From Priapulus caudatus (taxonomy: Eukaryota), in assembly GCF_000485595.1 (NCBI RefSeq), contig NW_014577069.1:491484-555483 (forward strand): a stretch of DNA of 64,000 bases, written 5' to 3'. Below the pieces are notes generated by a model. It worked only from the letters and a program-made list of their open reading frames with translations, did no database searches and was not told the origin of the DNA. Of the stretch, positions 37,910 through 51,356 are shown piece after piece. Numbering within the stretch: the first letter of the stretch is position 1; every line of letters begins with the position of its first letter. The translations under genes and the position numbers were made by a program.

Positions 37910-39304
37910 AACATATATATATATATCTACTATATATATCGTAGAGATGATATTATATATATATATATATATATAAATATATATATCCATTTTATTCGGC
38001 TCGCGCAAAACGTGGTAGTTATCCTTTTGAATCTATAGACGCAAGAAGTAAAGTGTCGCTTTAAGAAACACGACCGCTTTAAAAAAATCGGAATGTAAAA
38101 CTAGATTATCAAGCAGCGCGTCTGTGACAGAGAGTCACTGTAGAGATCGTATTTAGTTGTCACACACAGCGCGTGGCGTGTCAACGATGCCTATCATCTG
38201 CTATATCATGTCGTACTCAATTAGTGTCACGATTTTGATGATGTGCATTGACGTTACGTCCGAAAGCTTCTGACAAGCTACGAAACAGAGTTAATATATA
38301 TATATATATATATATACGATCGTAACGTGTGATACCGTCGATATTTGTTATATATATATATATATATAACAAACATCGACGCTATCACACGTTACGATCT
38401 TTGCTTTTTTCTTCTCTATCTGATCTAACTTGACAGGCGGCATCACAATATATCGCGTGTAAAGTCCGCCTGTTGCACTAAACTGCACGCGCGCATAAAC
38501 CGGCGCGGCTACCGTGCAACCGTCACCTGCATGCTGACCCCGACCATAATCTCCTCTGCCGACAACGAGGCAGCCACCAACGAATTTCTCTACCGATCGG
38601 GCAAGCGTGCCGCGGCTTAAAAGCCATAAATATATCGTTTTACGGGATCGAGGCAGCGCTCGCATTGTGCCATCAATCGCGCTCGCTGTCCGTAACCACT
38701 GCCGATGCTTTTCACTGATATCGAGCTCGGCTTTGTGCGACAGCTCTCTATCCCTCGTCCTGCGCTGCGAGAGGAACCGATATACATGCGAAAGGCCTTC
38801 GGATCGAGCGGGCGGCCCATTTCTCTTCTCCCGATAAACCCTGACACACTGGCGTTCAGACGGGAACCGCCTGCGAAGCACGTTTCCTGACTTTTGTTGT
38901 GATTACAGCGACGAATGTCGTTCCACGGCGGTGCGCTCCTCTTGTGGGGGGACGGCATGCATCAGCGGCGGCCTCCGGCGGTCAGTTACTGTCCCGATCG
39001 ACCCCCCCCCTCCCGCCGCCCAGCTCTAATCCGTTATTCCTTCTTACTCGCGGGTGTCATCGATGCGATTTTCGCGCCGCGTGTCGCTATGTCGCTAACG
39101 ATCATTCGCCTTAAGGGGTTCTCTCTCTCTCTCTCTCGTCTCTCTTCTCTCTCTCCTTTCTCTCTCTCTCCTCTCGCGCGCGCGCTCTAGCGCATCGCCT
39201 TTCAGTCTCCTGATCTATCTATCTATCTATGTATCGTATGTATCTATCTATCTATCTATCTGATCTATCTACTATCTATCTATCTATCGTATCTATCTAC
39301 TATC

Positions 39305-39347
<43 letters not shown>

Positions 39348-39365
39348 ATCTATCTATCTATCTAT

Positions 39366-39398
<33 letters not shown>

Positions 39399-39825
39399 AC
39401 TATCTAATCTATCTATTTATATATCTATCTATCTATCTCGGTCTATCTTAAATCTTAAATCTATTACTATCTATCTTGGTATCTATGTATCTATCTATGT
39501 ATCTATGTAATGTATGTATGTATGCTATCTATATCTATCTTATCCTCTCTATCTATCTATCTATACATATCTATCTATCATCACTCTCTATCTATCTATC
39601 TATCTATCTTATCTATCTATCTATCATTCTATCATCTATCTATCTATCTCATCTATCTATCATCTATCTATTTATCTCATCTATCTATCTATCCGTCTAT
39701 CTATCTATCTATCTATCTATTATCTATCTTATCTATCTATCTACTATCTATCTATCTACTCTATCTATCTATCTACTCTATCTTATCTATCTATCTATCT
39801 ATCTATTCTATCTCATTATCTATTT

Positions 39826-39861
<36 letters not shown>

Positions 39862-41229
39862 GGTACTATCTCATGTATCTATCTATCTATCTATCTATCA
39901 ATCTATCTATCTATTCTATCCATCTATCTATGTACTATCTATCTTTATTATCTATCTATCATTAGCTAATCTATCTTCTATCTATCTGTCTATCTATACT
40001 CCATCTTTATCTATCTATACATTATACTTATCATTATCTATTATCTATCTATCTATCTATCTATTCTATCTATCTATCTACCTATCTAATACTATCTTAC
40101 TCCATTATCTAGTTACTATCCATCTATGTATCACTATCTATCTATCCTATCTATCTATCTATCTAACTATCTATCATACTATCTCTCTATCTCTCTCTCT
40201 TTCTCTTTCTTCTTCGGCGCCTCTCACGTATCGGACTCTTACGATATATATATAATATAGTATATATACTAAAGAGACAGATGCGCCTGAGATTCGTAAA
40301 GATGAAAAGCGCTTGTGGTACAAACTTATATGTCGGATTATCGTTGTCTGTATCAACAACTGAATTATCGTTAACCTAAGAACTTTCTACTATATATTAT
40401 ATTAATCTATATATATATATATATATATATAGCAGGTAAAACGTTATCAATTTAGAGTGCTTAGCTAAGTTTATTTCGATTCTTGTCTTGCTCTATAGTA
40501 AATTGCTATGCTACTAGTACTAGTGTAATGCTTTGCTAATGCCATGCCATGCTAATTTGTTTCTGAAAAAACTCGTTTTCGTACATCTCTTGATCTCTTG
40601 ATAGCACATGTGTGCAGAGATGCTGTTTATCATTCAAAATTTCTCCCATTTCACGGATAGATAAACGTGTTATAGCAATGAAAAACACGTGCAAAAATGC
40701 TCAACTAAGACGCTCCTATAGAATTAAAAAATAACCGCGTACCCTGAAGCGCGAGGAAGATATGATCAACTACAGGAATTCCCAAAATTAGTACTCAATA
40801 TAGGGCAAAGAATATGTGTGCAACGAACTCACGAGCCTAACAATTTGGATGACTTCATATTTTTTAAATGCAAACGTAAAATGTTAAATAAAGAATATGT
40901 TGCGCAGGAGCAAAATATATTAAAATCAGAAGGGCATAAGAGTTACTTATACACCCTCCTAGTAAAATGGGTGTATAATAATAGCTGGAGTTAGCCTAAG
41001 TAAAAACATCTTACTTTAGCCCAACAGAATCTTCCAAACTCCATTCCATTACCAGTGAAAATCGTTACCAAATCTCGCATGCGATCTAAGAAATAACGAG
41101 TTGACTAAAACACATCAACATAACATGACAGACGTACATATCTGTGCATCACGCTTTCCCGATGCTGCAAACAGTCTAGATGGACTTACCTGCACACACG
41201 AACAGCGCGAATACTACCAACGTCTTCAT
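26608..41229 (-). CDS. Chitin deacetylase-like protein (group I architecture: signal peptide, CBM14, LDLa, CE4 domain; Serpentine/Vermiform-like), 522 aa, 11 exons
   Basis: Exons on the minus strand: 41229-41190, 34663-34496, 34290-34165, 33982-33875, 33418-33261, 29619-29459, 29157-29016, 28178-28066, 27731-27570, 27394-27270, 26873-26608. All introns are GT-AG with compatible phases; total 1569 nt. Signal peptide [19 protein letters not shown]14 [12 protein letters not shown]...CPTGTIW; LDLa [23 protein letters not shown]; then [43 protein letters not shown] and [17 protein letters not shown]. Confidence 0.92.
28605..28925. repeat. 19-bp minisatellite (TATGCCTCTATACATCTAC)n in a CDA intron
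   Basis: Direct periodicity; 19-aa period in the ORF track. Confidence 0.95.
29190..29315. repeat. 14-bp minisatellite (TAATTACCCCGTAT)n
   Basis: Direct periodicity. Confidence 0.9.
30612..30657 (-). pseudogene. tRNA-Arg pseudogene with an internal deletion
   Basis: It keeps the 5' half (CCCAGTGGCCCAATGGATAAGGCATCG) and the 3' GGGGTA but lacks the anticodon and T arms. Confidence 0.8.
31198..31693 (+). mobile_element. 496-bp internally deleted hAT transposon retaining the transposase C-terminal dimerisation domain
   Basis: 8-bp TSD ACTGTACT (31190-31197, 31694-31701); imperfect TIRs CACTAGCGGATTAAG / CAGGGCCGGACTAAG; subterminal gggcccc repeats; peptide [44 protein letters not shown]. Confidence 0.92.
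31750..31823 (-). tRNA. tRNA-Arg-derived copy with the anticodon changed to CTT (Lys); possible pseudogene
   Basis: The body matches the neighbouring Arg-CCT copies except for the loop CTCTTAA and the T-stem GTTGG/CCTAAC (1-nt bulge). Confidence 0.6.
32115..32187 (-). tRNA. tRNA-Arg(CCT)
   Basis: 73-nt cloverleaf GCCCCAGTGGCCCAATGGATAAGGCATCGGTTTCCTAAACCGGGGATTGTGGGTTCGAGTCCCACCTGGGGTA, with a TTTT terminator just downstream. Confidence 0.9.
32474..32540 (-). pseudogene. Highly degenerate tRNA-Arg(CCT)-like relic or tRNA-SINE head
   Basis: The minus strand gctcaaacggttaag...actgacgtCCTaagctag...gtgggttcgcatc keeps A-box, anticodon-arm and B-box shapes. Confidence 0.4.
32813..32885 (-). tRNA. 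tRNA-Arg(CCT)
   Basis: 73-nt canonical cloverleaf with loop CTCCTAA, intact A and B boxes and a TTTT terminator. It is very similar to known metazoan Arg-CCT genes. Confidence 0.95.
36855..37050. mobile_element. 196-bp MITE-like element with internal (TTAGGG)n
   Basis: 15-bp TIRs CA(G/A)GGGAGAGATAGT; about six TTAGGG-like units at 36961-36998; no clear TSD. Confidence 0.55.
37179..37839. other. Assembly gap between (TG)n and (TA)n
   Basis: N run. Confidence 1.
39213..40190. repeat. About 1 kb of degenerate (ATCT)n microsatellite
   Basis: Tetranucleotide repeat with many 1-nt indels. Confidence 0.9.
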
Positions 41230-41336
41230 AGTCAACTGTGTTCTCTGAGTTGTTGCCGCCTCACTCACTTGCTACTTGCTACTATCGTATGTGTTCTCGA
41301 CGCACAAACAAACAAGTACAACTCTTCGCTGGCTCT

Positions 41337-41368
41337 GCTGACCGTCTGCTGCTCATCCCGTATTTATA
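41337..41368 (-). promoter_or_regulatory. TATA box and initiator of the chitin deacetylase-like gene
   Basis: TATAAATA on the minus strand (41368-41361), TCAGC about 28 bp downstream, ATG at 41229. Confidence 0.7.
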
Positions 41369-41802
41369 CCCCCGTCGCGCGTGACGTAACGGATGCGTAA
41401 TAACGCTGCGATGCTCTATTGTTCTCCTCGACCTACATACGCCTCTCGCGCTCTGTCACTGGCGCGCGGTCGCCTTGTCGCAATGGCGCGAGACATGCGC
41501 ATAACTGTCAGCACTTTTTTGATGAAACGTGAAATGTGTGCGCCGTCCACGTGGGACTACGCCCCACCCCTGATATCGCGTACAATGCGCGCAACCCCTG
41601 GTCGTGGGCCCCTTCCGGCACACGCCTGTGCGTATTACCGTAGATCACTCTTTCAGTGATAAACGCGAATTTTATCGGAGCCGCTATAAATGTCGCCGGT
41701 GGAGACATATCAATGACACTGGATCTCGATCACGGTCAACTGTTTAATATATTGAGAAACATACACGTGTAAAATGTAAACAACTCGCCCATCCCGCCAT
41801 TG

Positions 41803-41836
<34 letters not shown>

Positions 41837-43433
41837 TTGTATTGTCTATTTACTATCAGTTTCACGAATGCTAATTACTGCTACGGTGCGACCCTGGTGC
41901 ACCATCCATATACATGAAGTTGACCGAACACGCAAGTTCGGCCAATAGCCTAAAGGGGACGACGAATTGACGCATCACACATATAGTATCACATACAGAT
42001 ATTCCCTCACCACTAGATTGACCCACTTGATATCATAATTAGGCTAGAGCTCGCCCAACATTTCGTCGGTGGAGCAGATATCACGTAACGATGCGGATGA
42101 ACGTTTTTAATCGCCATTAATTGCCACGTAATTTCGATAGAATAACACAATTACGTGGAAATACAGACGTATAGTACCAATGCCGACGTATGGACGTGTC
42201 TTAGACACCGCCATATTTGTATACTCGCAATTTCGCACCGATTCTATCAACGGTATATTACAACAATTGCCGATCGCTGCTAGTAAAGTGAAAGGATCAC
42301 GCAGAGACTACAATAGCACGCGCCGTAGAACGCGTTCGAGCGCGGACAACGTTCAGTTTGTAACGCGTTCGATTTTGCGATAATCGGCTATGTTACGCAG
42401 CATTTGCAACATTCAATGTCACGAGCACGAGCATTTACATAATTACATATTCTCGAATGCGTACTTGAAACAACTACTGAGTACGCGCGTGCGAATCTCT
42501 CCGGGTTTTTTTTACTGCGCACCACCGTGTTATATTGTACTTTTCACATTTGCGCAGCGCCTCCACTACGGTTCCGCGCGAGCGGTGAGAGGTAAGTCCC
42601 ACCGACTGCACGCAGTTCGACATCATCACGACACTTAAAAACAGCAACGTTGCAATTAGTTTACATGACCTGTTATTTGCGAATAAATTTCCCATGCCGT
42701 TTAGGTGATGTACGCGGGTAGAATGTTCCTGGTTTTCTCCTCTCAGTTATTATACGTGTGAATTTGTAATATGGATTAGTGCAAGACGGGCATTTAAGGG
42801 CAATTTTCCGCTAGCGAAAAAACGCACACGTGTTCAAGCTTCGTGTGATACTTGGTTTGCGTGTTGAAACATTTTCATGCGTCGCTGTTTGATGGCGAAT
42901 GACATCGATTGCATAGGAAGTGCTTTGGAACTGGATTTGACGACGATATTAGCTGGGGAAGTGTCATTGCTACCTTGATAGTGATACTCATCAGCGTGTT
43001 ATCATCCAGTCATTCGTTTTAGATAGCGCGAACAAAGGCCTAGTTTTTTTCTGTGTGCATGCAGCGAATTGGAACAGTCGAACACAAACCGTCATTCCAC
43101 TATCGTAAAAAAATTACGATGGAAAAGTCGTGGATTCAGACTCTCTAAACTATGGTCATTGTATTCTCGTTCCTTCTCGGCTACTTATATCTCATCATAA
43201 TGTTGCCGGACACACTTAGCACTGTCCATACCAATTTGAAGGTATACCAATACTCAATACTAATTTAAGCGAAGAAGTCTATAGATTAAACGACAACTAC
43301 AAGTAATAGCAGTAGTAGTTCAACCCATGAAATCCATTCGGCGCGTGTCAATGTAATGAAGTAATAATATAGCGTGATAATGAGATAGTGACAGCACACA
43401 CACGCTGAGACATAATCAAAATATGATTTAAAC

Positions 43434-43476
<43 letters not shown>

Positions 43477-43499
43477 TATTATTTTTTCATTATTATTAT

Positions 43500-44723
43500 T
43501 ATTATTATTATTATTCATATGCATTTACTGTTACATGTGAACTTTTTTTTACCATGTCAACCTGCTGCACCAATATAAGCGAGGTGTAGTGGCTACCTGT
43601 GTGTATGTGTTGTAATTTGAAATGAATCAATTCAGTGTTTGGCTCGCTTTAATGACGTGAGTTATTTTATTTAATGTCGCCCGCGCGCATGGAGCTGGCT
43701 CGCGGCGTGACCGCCCCAGCTCTCCCCGCGCGGCCTGGTTGGTCGTGGGCGCGGCCCGGCGGGGGCCTAGCCCTCCGCGCGTACGCGGCTTTGCAGACCA
43801 TCCCAAACCGTTGTGCTGGCTCCTTTGTCGCTCCCTCACGTCTCCAAACCAAGTCCTTATGACCCCGGATGCGCACTCTTCTCACCCACGATCTCACGCA
43901 CCCCTATCAGACCGGGGCTGCACCCTCTCCGGGTCTCTCGGCCGCGCTGGGATCCCCCCCCGTAAACCGCGCTGCCGTCTTTGGGTCCCTCTGCAGAAGC
44001 GGCGCGTCTCGCGCCTGCGCTGCCGGACCGGTCGGGCGGTGCTATGCAAACCGGTTTGGCTCACCTGAATCCACCCCTGTCCATGTGCTGCATGACCGCC
44101 CCGCCGCGTAAATGTGTATTTAGTATAAAATTATGTGTCATATGTAAATAACATTTTCTCTTACTTATAGAAGTTTTGACGATGCACGTAGAGCCAGAAT
44201 GCGGAGAGTGGAAATTTATATCGCGGTTCAAAATCCACCATTTTCTCAATAATCGGTTTATTAAGATAGACTGTTCACGTAAACGTGCATTTTGAAAATT
44301 CATTACAGTAGTCATAGATAAAATAATCACCATCAAAAAGCGAGCAAAACACTCAATTGACAATGTTTACATCTACATATACACGTGACATAGCTGGCAA
44401 CATACAATCGGTTATATGAGTAACAGGTGAAAAGGTAACAACGTTACGAGAAGTATTGTAAATGAAAACGGTGTAAACCGGTACACACAATATACTATCT
44501 ATGTGTGTTATGGCGTTGATCTATATACAACCGTGCATGGCGCAGCGAAAAAAATGCCGTTAGGCGAAAAATCCCAGAGTCATTCAGACTCTTAGTTTGC
44601 CAACTAACTTGAGCCCACCCTACACCGCGTAACACACACAACATGCACACACGCCACGCACGTACGTACGCACGAACGCACGTACGCCACGAACGCACGC
44701 ACGCACGCGCGCACGCACGCGCG

Positions 44724-44766
<43 letters not shown>

Positions 44767-44768
44767 AC

Positions 44769-44830
<62 letters not shown>

Positions 44831-47800
44831 TATTCACATGTGCATGCATTAATTGTATAAACGTTACTGAGACGCAATATTAAACTGGTCATGGAACTAT
44901 AGGCTCCGTGACTGTGTCATTTAACACGTTTTCAACCGTTGTCGGCAACGATAAACAGACACGGAATAGTTATTTATTTCAAATAACGAAGGTTGGCCTC
45001 TTTGTTGCGACTAGATAGTCCTAAAATATTTTAACGTCTCCAAGGACACATGATGACGAGCCGCGGAGATCTGGCAAGTCTATATTTCACACGTTGACTC
45101 ATCATGATGTTTTCTCAGTAAGCGCAGTACATCGAAGGAATCGCAGGCGATATCTCTCTCGGTGTCTTATTTCACGAGGAGGAGGTGAGAGTATATCGTG
45201 TTCCCCCGTGGACTAGAGCAAAATTAGAGGCACTTTACGTTAGTCTGATGCAGGAAAACTAGACAGAGGGCATGAGCGAGACTGGAGTGGCTCAGCAGGT
45301 AAAGTCAGATAATATTACCGACCAGTTGTATAGCCAATTATGAATTTTTATCCCCTGGCATACACGAGCAGACTAATACTCGCTCAATACATTAGGTCCC
45401 ATGCTTTCAAAGGATGACATTTATCTTCTCTCAGTTAACAACATCTCTGTTATCAAGTTAAAATTCCAAGGCGAGCTCACAATTCCTTTGCTATTTAGCC
45501 ATAGGTACCGTTTGACAGCCGTGTTAAACTTCAACTTATAACACGATACCGCGTCTATGGTCTAAAACCCACGAATGCTATTATATATATATAAGTTAAT
45601 GCATTATATACGCGCTATTCTGGCCTGGTTCAAGAGTGTTTAGGCTGAGGATCGGACATCATTGGCGGGATTTGTCCAAATGACAATGTGGCCGCGACAT
45701 GTTACGCGCTCTCTGTATATTACTTTGGATTACACTCGATATGCCGACAATTAAAATAACTGTCACGGCTCTCGCTTAATATGCAAGCCTTGCCACAAAG
45801 CGGACGGTTCAACAACACTTCACTTAATCACTCTATCCTAAGATATCAGCTATAGATACCCACCCAATCAGCTATAGATTAGATAATAGTTTTTGCCTAA
45901 ATAGAACGCAGCGCGAAAGTTATAAATCCGACTAAAATGCCGGCGTCGTAGTTTCTGCCCCTTTCGGGTTCATTTTCTCAAGGTTCAGCTCGTAAAATCG
46001 CACGCATGACTGGAGGTGTGTGCGGCAAAGTCACGCGCTAGCAAGCGTAACCATTGCAATTATAATGTCGCGAACTTGCGGGGTCCAAATTGTAACAGAT
46101 CCGCAGCAAACACACGGTGGCGCAACAATAGAACATCGGATTCCATCAATACCGTGTCTGATCTAGCGGCATCAATAGCACGAACGACGCATTGGGAAAT
46201 GTGTTAATATTACAAGGATAAATTACGTGTAAATTATTCATCGTGAAAATAAAAGCGAAAGTGCGCCATGTAAGATTTAATTACACTGCCATCCTGTCGT
46301 GTTAACCCAGAACCTTTTATGCGTAATTGCTGTTCATACATCGCATAGTTATAATTTGTTAGTTTTTAATAGGGAAATCACGGAGTTATTTATAATTAAA
46401 TATAATAATGGAAATGTTGATTTGACTAGAATTTAAACCGCAGTTAGTACGCTTGTAATCCTGTTATTAAATCTAGTTCCAGAGCTATAGAGCTACACAT
46501 ATACACGAAAGAAATTCCGCTTAGTATTGTTTAAGCCATAAATTATCCATGAATTAGAGACATACGAGCAAGTACATTAATGTGTTTATCGCATATGTTG
46601 CAATGCAGAAAATATCATATTAGCAAGGCACTATACTGAAAGTCACGTTGTATAAATTAAGTTTGAATACGCATCAATGTCATATATGGTATCACACATA
46701 CTCAGTCGCAGTCGAAAGATCAGACTAGCTCACATAATAAATTTCTTGGGCGATTTCTGTTACGCCTACAAACCGGAGCTGCAGTTAGCGTATTATTCAT
46801 TCGTCTCCATGTAGTAACCTTGCCGCGCGTGGCTGCCTGTGTACCGCCGTTACGCGCAATTACCGTAGTTTGGTGGTCAGGGCAGAACGAAAACACAGGC
46901 GTAACGACAATGCACACGCGGTATCCTTCGCACGCTGGTGACGTGGGGGAATTTGAAACAGCTCGAAATCGACAGCAATTTCGGTCCTATTTGCCCATTC
47001 TCACGACCATTATATATTGTCGTGTCGCACTCGAAGATAAGGGCTGAGTGCACCATGCTGGTTCGTGCATAAATTATCAGCATAGCCTTATTACGTAAAG
47101 CTCTTCTAAGCATTGATTATCATCAGTTTATGAGTTTGGATACTCTGGTTCTGCCCAGCCTATCATCCTTTTATTAGCGTAGGCGGCCATATACCACGTA
47201 ATTACTTCAAATTACAGTTTAATCGTTCGTTAGTTCAATAGCGGCGCACAGAGAATTGGAAACAGCGTGCTATGGCCGTAGTAGTACACCGGCGGCGCTA
47301 CTAAGCGTTTTTTATAGAGGCAAGTACGCGTGAAAAACCCCATATTACCACGCAGATACAATCGCACGACTGCCCGCCTGCTTGCGCACGCACGCACATA
47401 GATACGTCCTTGGTGTGGACAGAAATTCAATTGTTATTTCGTAAAAATTATTCGCCTGAAAACTCGGCTGAAGTTTTACAACTCGTGCTTTTTGTTTGGT
47501 CGTGTAAAAACCAAATTGAAAACGGCAACTCTTCGACATATAGCACGGGCAGGTGAATGATTAAGGAATGCAGACATTATTATTGTTATCATTATTATTA
47601 TTATCAAGAGCATATAAAGAAGACACATAAAACAAGGAAAGCACAGAAGAAGAGCACATAAAACAAAGAACAATAAAACAATAACACACATAAAACAAAT
47701 AACAACACAATAACACAATAACAACACATAAAACAAACAACAACAAAGAAGAGCACATAAAACAACATATTATTGTTTTTGTTATTATTATTATTATTAC

Positions 47801-48799
47801 TATATGCATTTACTGTACATGTGAACTTTTTTTTACCATGTCACCTGTGCGCCAATATAAGCGAGTGTAGTGGCTACCTGTGTGTATGTAATTGTAATTT
47901 GAAACGAATCAATTCAGTGTTTGCTCGTTTAATGACGGTGATTATTTTATTTAATGTAAATGTGTATTTAGTATAAATGTATGTGTATATGTAATACATT
48001 TGCTCTTATTATAGAAGTTTTGACGATGCACGTAGAGCAAAATGCGGAGAGTGAAATTTATATCGCGTTCAAAATCCACCATTTTCTCAATAATCGGTTT
48101 ATAGATAGACGTGTCACGAAACGTCGCATTAGAAAAATAATTACAGTAGTCATAGATAAAATAATCACCATACAAAAAGCGAGCAAAACACTCAATTGAC
48201 AATTTTTACATCTACATACACGTGACATAGCTGGCAACTACAATCGGTACTATAGGCTAACAGGTGAAAAGGTAACAACGTTACGAGAAGTATTGTAAAT
48301 GAAAACGGTTGTAAACCGGTACACACAATATACTATCTATGTGTTTATGGTTGATCTATATACAACCGTGCATGGGCGCAGCGAAAAATGTCGTTAGGGA
48401 AAATCCCAGAGCTCATTCAGACTCTTAGTTTCCAACTAACTTGAGCCCACCCTACACCGCGTAACCACACACACATGCACACACGCACGCACGTACGTAC
48501 GCACGAACGCACGTACGCCCACGAACGCACGCACGCACGCGTGTATGTGTGTGCTGTTGTGTGTGTGTGAAACCAATGTGTGGGGGTGCTGTCGCCGTGC
48601 TGCTGTGTGCATTACACTTGTGTAGGCGTATAGCCTATGTGCATACGTGCGTCGGAGTGTACTTGTCGTGTGTGGATGTGCANNNNNNNNNNNNNNNNNN
48701 NNNNNNNGCGGCGCCGCACACACACACACACACACACACACTACACACACACACACAACACACACACACACACACACACCACCACCACGGCACGCACAG

Positions 48800-48831
<32 letters not shown>

Positions 48832-49600
48832 TATCACATGTGCATGCATTAATTGTATAAAACGTTACTGAGACCAAATATTAAACTGTCATGGAACTAT
48901 AGGCTCCGTGACTGTGTCATTTAACACGTTTTCAAGCCGTTGTCGCAACGATAAACAGACACGGAACAAGTTATTTATTTCAAATAACGAAGGTTGGCCT
49001 CGTTGTTGCGACTAGATAGCCCTAAAATATTTTAACGTCTCCAAGGACACATGATGAACGAGCGCGGGAGATCTGGCAAGTCTATATTTCACACGTTGAC
49101 TCATCATGATGTTTTCTCTAGTAAGCGCAGTACATCGAAGGAATCGCAGGCGATATCTCTCTCGGTGTCTTGTTTCACGAGGAGGAGGTGAGAGTATATC
49201 GTGTTCCCCGTGGACTATAGCAAAATTAGAGGCACTTTACGTTAGTCTGATGCAGGAAAACTAGACAGAGGGCATGAGCGAGACTGGAGTGGCTCAGCAG
49301 GTAAAGTCAGATAATATTACCGACCAGTTGTATAGCAATTAGAATTTTTATCCCCTGGGCATACAACGAGCAGACTAATGACTGCTCAATACATTAGGTC
49401 CCATGCTTTCAAAGTATGACATTTATCTTCTCTCAGTTAACAACATCTCTGTTATCAAGTTAAAATTCCAAGGCGAGCTCACAATTCCTTTGCTATTTAG
49501 CCATAGGTACCGTTTGACAGCCGTGTTAAACTTCAACTTATAACACGATAGCGTTATGTCTAAAACACGACATGCTATTATATATATATATATATATATA
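43500..49600. repeat. Direct duplication of a ~1.7-kb segment (43500-45590, including a 432-bp insert, and 47783-49600)
   Basis: The copies align by eye and differ mostly by single-base indels. Copy 1 has extra sequence at 43678-44109; copy 2 contains a 25-N gap (48683-48707). Confidence 0.85.
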
Positions 49601-51356
49601 TAATATATTACCGATTATATATATATACTAGGTGCGCGCTGTGTGCATACACTTGTGTAGGCATAGGCCTATGTGCATGTGCGCGCGAGTGTGGGTGTGT
49701 GTATGTGCGCGCGCGCGTGTGCGTGTGTGTAAGCGCGCGCGTGTGTAAAGAAGCCACGCCAGAATTCACAATCAAGATGTTTATAAGCTATGCGCAGCAG
49801 CGGAGTAGCTTTTGCTACACGCTGATGACACGGCTTTTCTCGTGACAACGGGATCCGCCTGGACGAACTCCGTTTACTGTGTTTGCAATTTGTTCTATTT
49901 TGGTAATTGTAGTATAAAAATGTACAGTGTATAATTTAATAATGTGATACTAGTTAATATGTATAATGTAATATTGTAATAACGTACAATGTTATGGTGC
50001 AATTGAGTACAGTGTTTGAAATTGTGGATATCCCATTTTAATTACGTTCGCACATTTCCAAACACGCACGCGCGCCCACTCACGCATGCGCATGCACGCA
50101 CGCACCAACATGTACTGATGATGTCTTCGAGTTTTGTAAACGTGCACAACTATCTTTAAACTATTCGTTTTGAACCGGCATACGTTGTTACATTAGGCGC
50201 CACCCTCGATTATTTGAATCGAGTCGAGCCATTAAAACTGCGGTCGAGGTCGCCAAGCGAAAAATAGATAGCTACCAGAGATTAGTCGAAATTCACATCA
50301 CAGATTTGACAGCCTGCTTGGACCAGGTGCTTACGTAACGGGTTAGCGAGGGCGGGCGTTTCGTCATGCCTCCGCCGCCATTGTCTGCTTATCCTTTCAA
50401 CGTTTCACGTAATTGATCATTCCAGTGTGATTCACGGGCGATAATATGGCGTGATCAAGTTGTTACTGCCATGCTCACATTTTTGAGCGTTCAAGACGGG
50501 GTGGCGTTGTTGAAGAGCCAAACAAGGTTTCAATCAAGGTCGTGGCATGATAGCGCTGGCAGATACGTTGTTATTTCTTACATTGCTTGTTAGTAGTAGA
50601 CACGAAGATACGCCTTTATGGGAGTGCGAGTGTGGTTTCCTTGTGAATCGCTGACAGATGGACACTCAATTATCATTCCGAAATGAAACAGACCAATTAA
50701 ACTCACAAGATTTATCCGCTTTCTTGCCATGTTTTCGTGCCGTGTAACAGGAATTAACGTGCGTTGTTTCTCCCGTAATTACGGTTAAACTGCGGGCTAG
50801 TTTACGCCTTCGTTCACACAGACCCTGACTAAAAAACAGACGTCACCTGCACCCACAAGTCATCGCAGAGTTACTATGTTCCGCGCGCTCGCGTGAGGCG
50901 AACCGCGGAATCTCGACCGCACTCATCTTCGCAGAATATCAGAGGTATACGCAGATGCTGCTGCGTATACACCTTCTCGCGCACTCTTTCTAGACCACTT
51001 CCCAGTGTGATCGCGTCGGCTTGCTTGTCTGATGTGAATTATAGTCTGATGTTGTAATTATTTTAGTAAGAGTTACTTAAGTACGCGCCTACGTCTGCAA
51101 TAATTGCCAGGCTGTCCTTGCGATCCATGCATGCCGAGAGCAGTCACTTTCAGCGTCCATGAGACGCTGGGTGCGTGCCTGCATGCTCGCGTTTACCGGT
51201 AAATTGTCATTATGGCCAGGACTACGATACGTTCGTTGGCGAAGTTAGGGTGGAGCATGACATAATAGCTAATCGCAGACACTCCGCTGAAATAGAGGAA
51301 CAGTTAGATCCTCAACAGTGATATCACGCAAGATGTCGAGTGATCGATAGGTGGAA

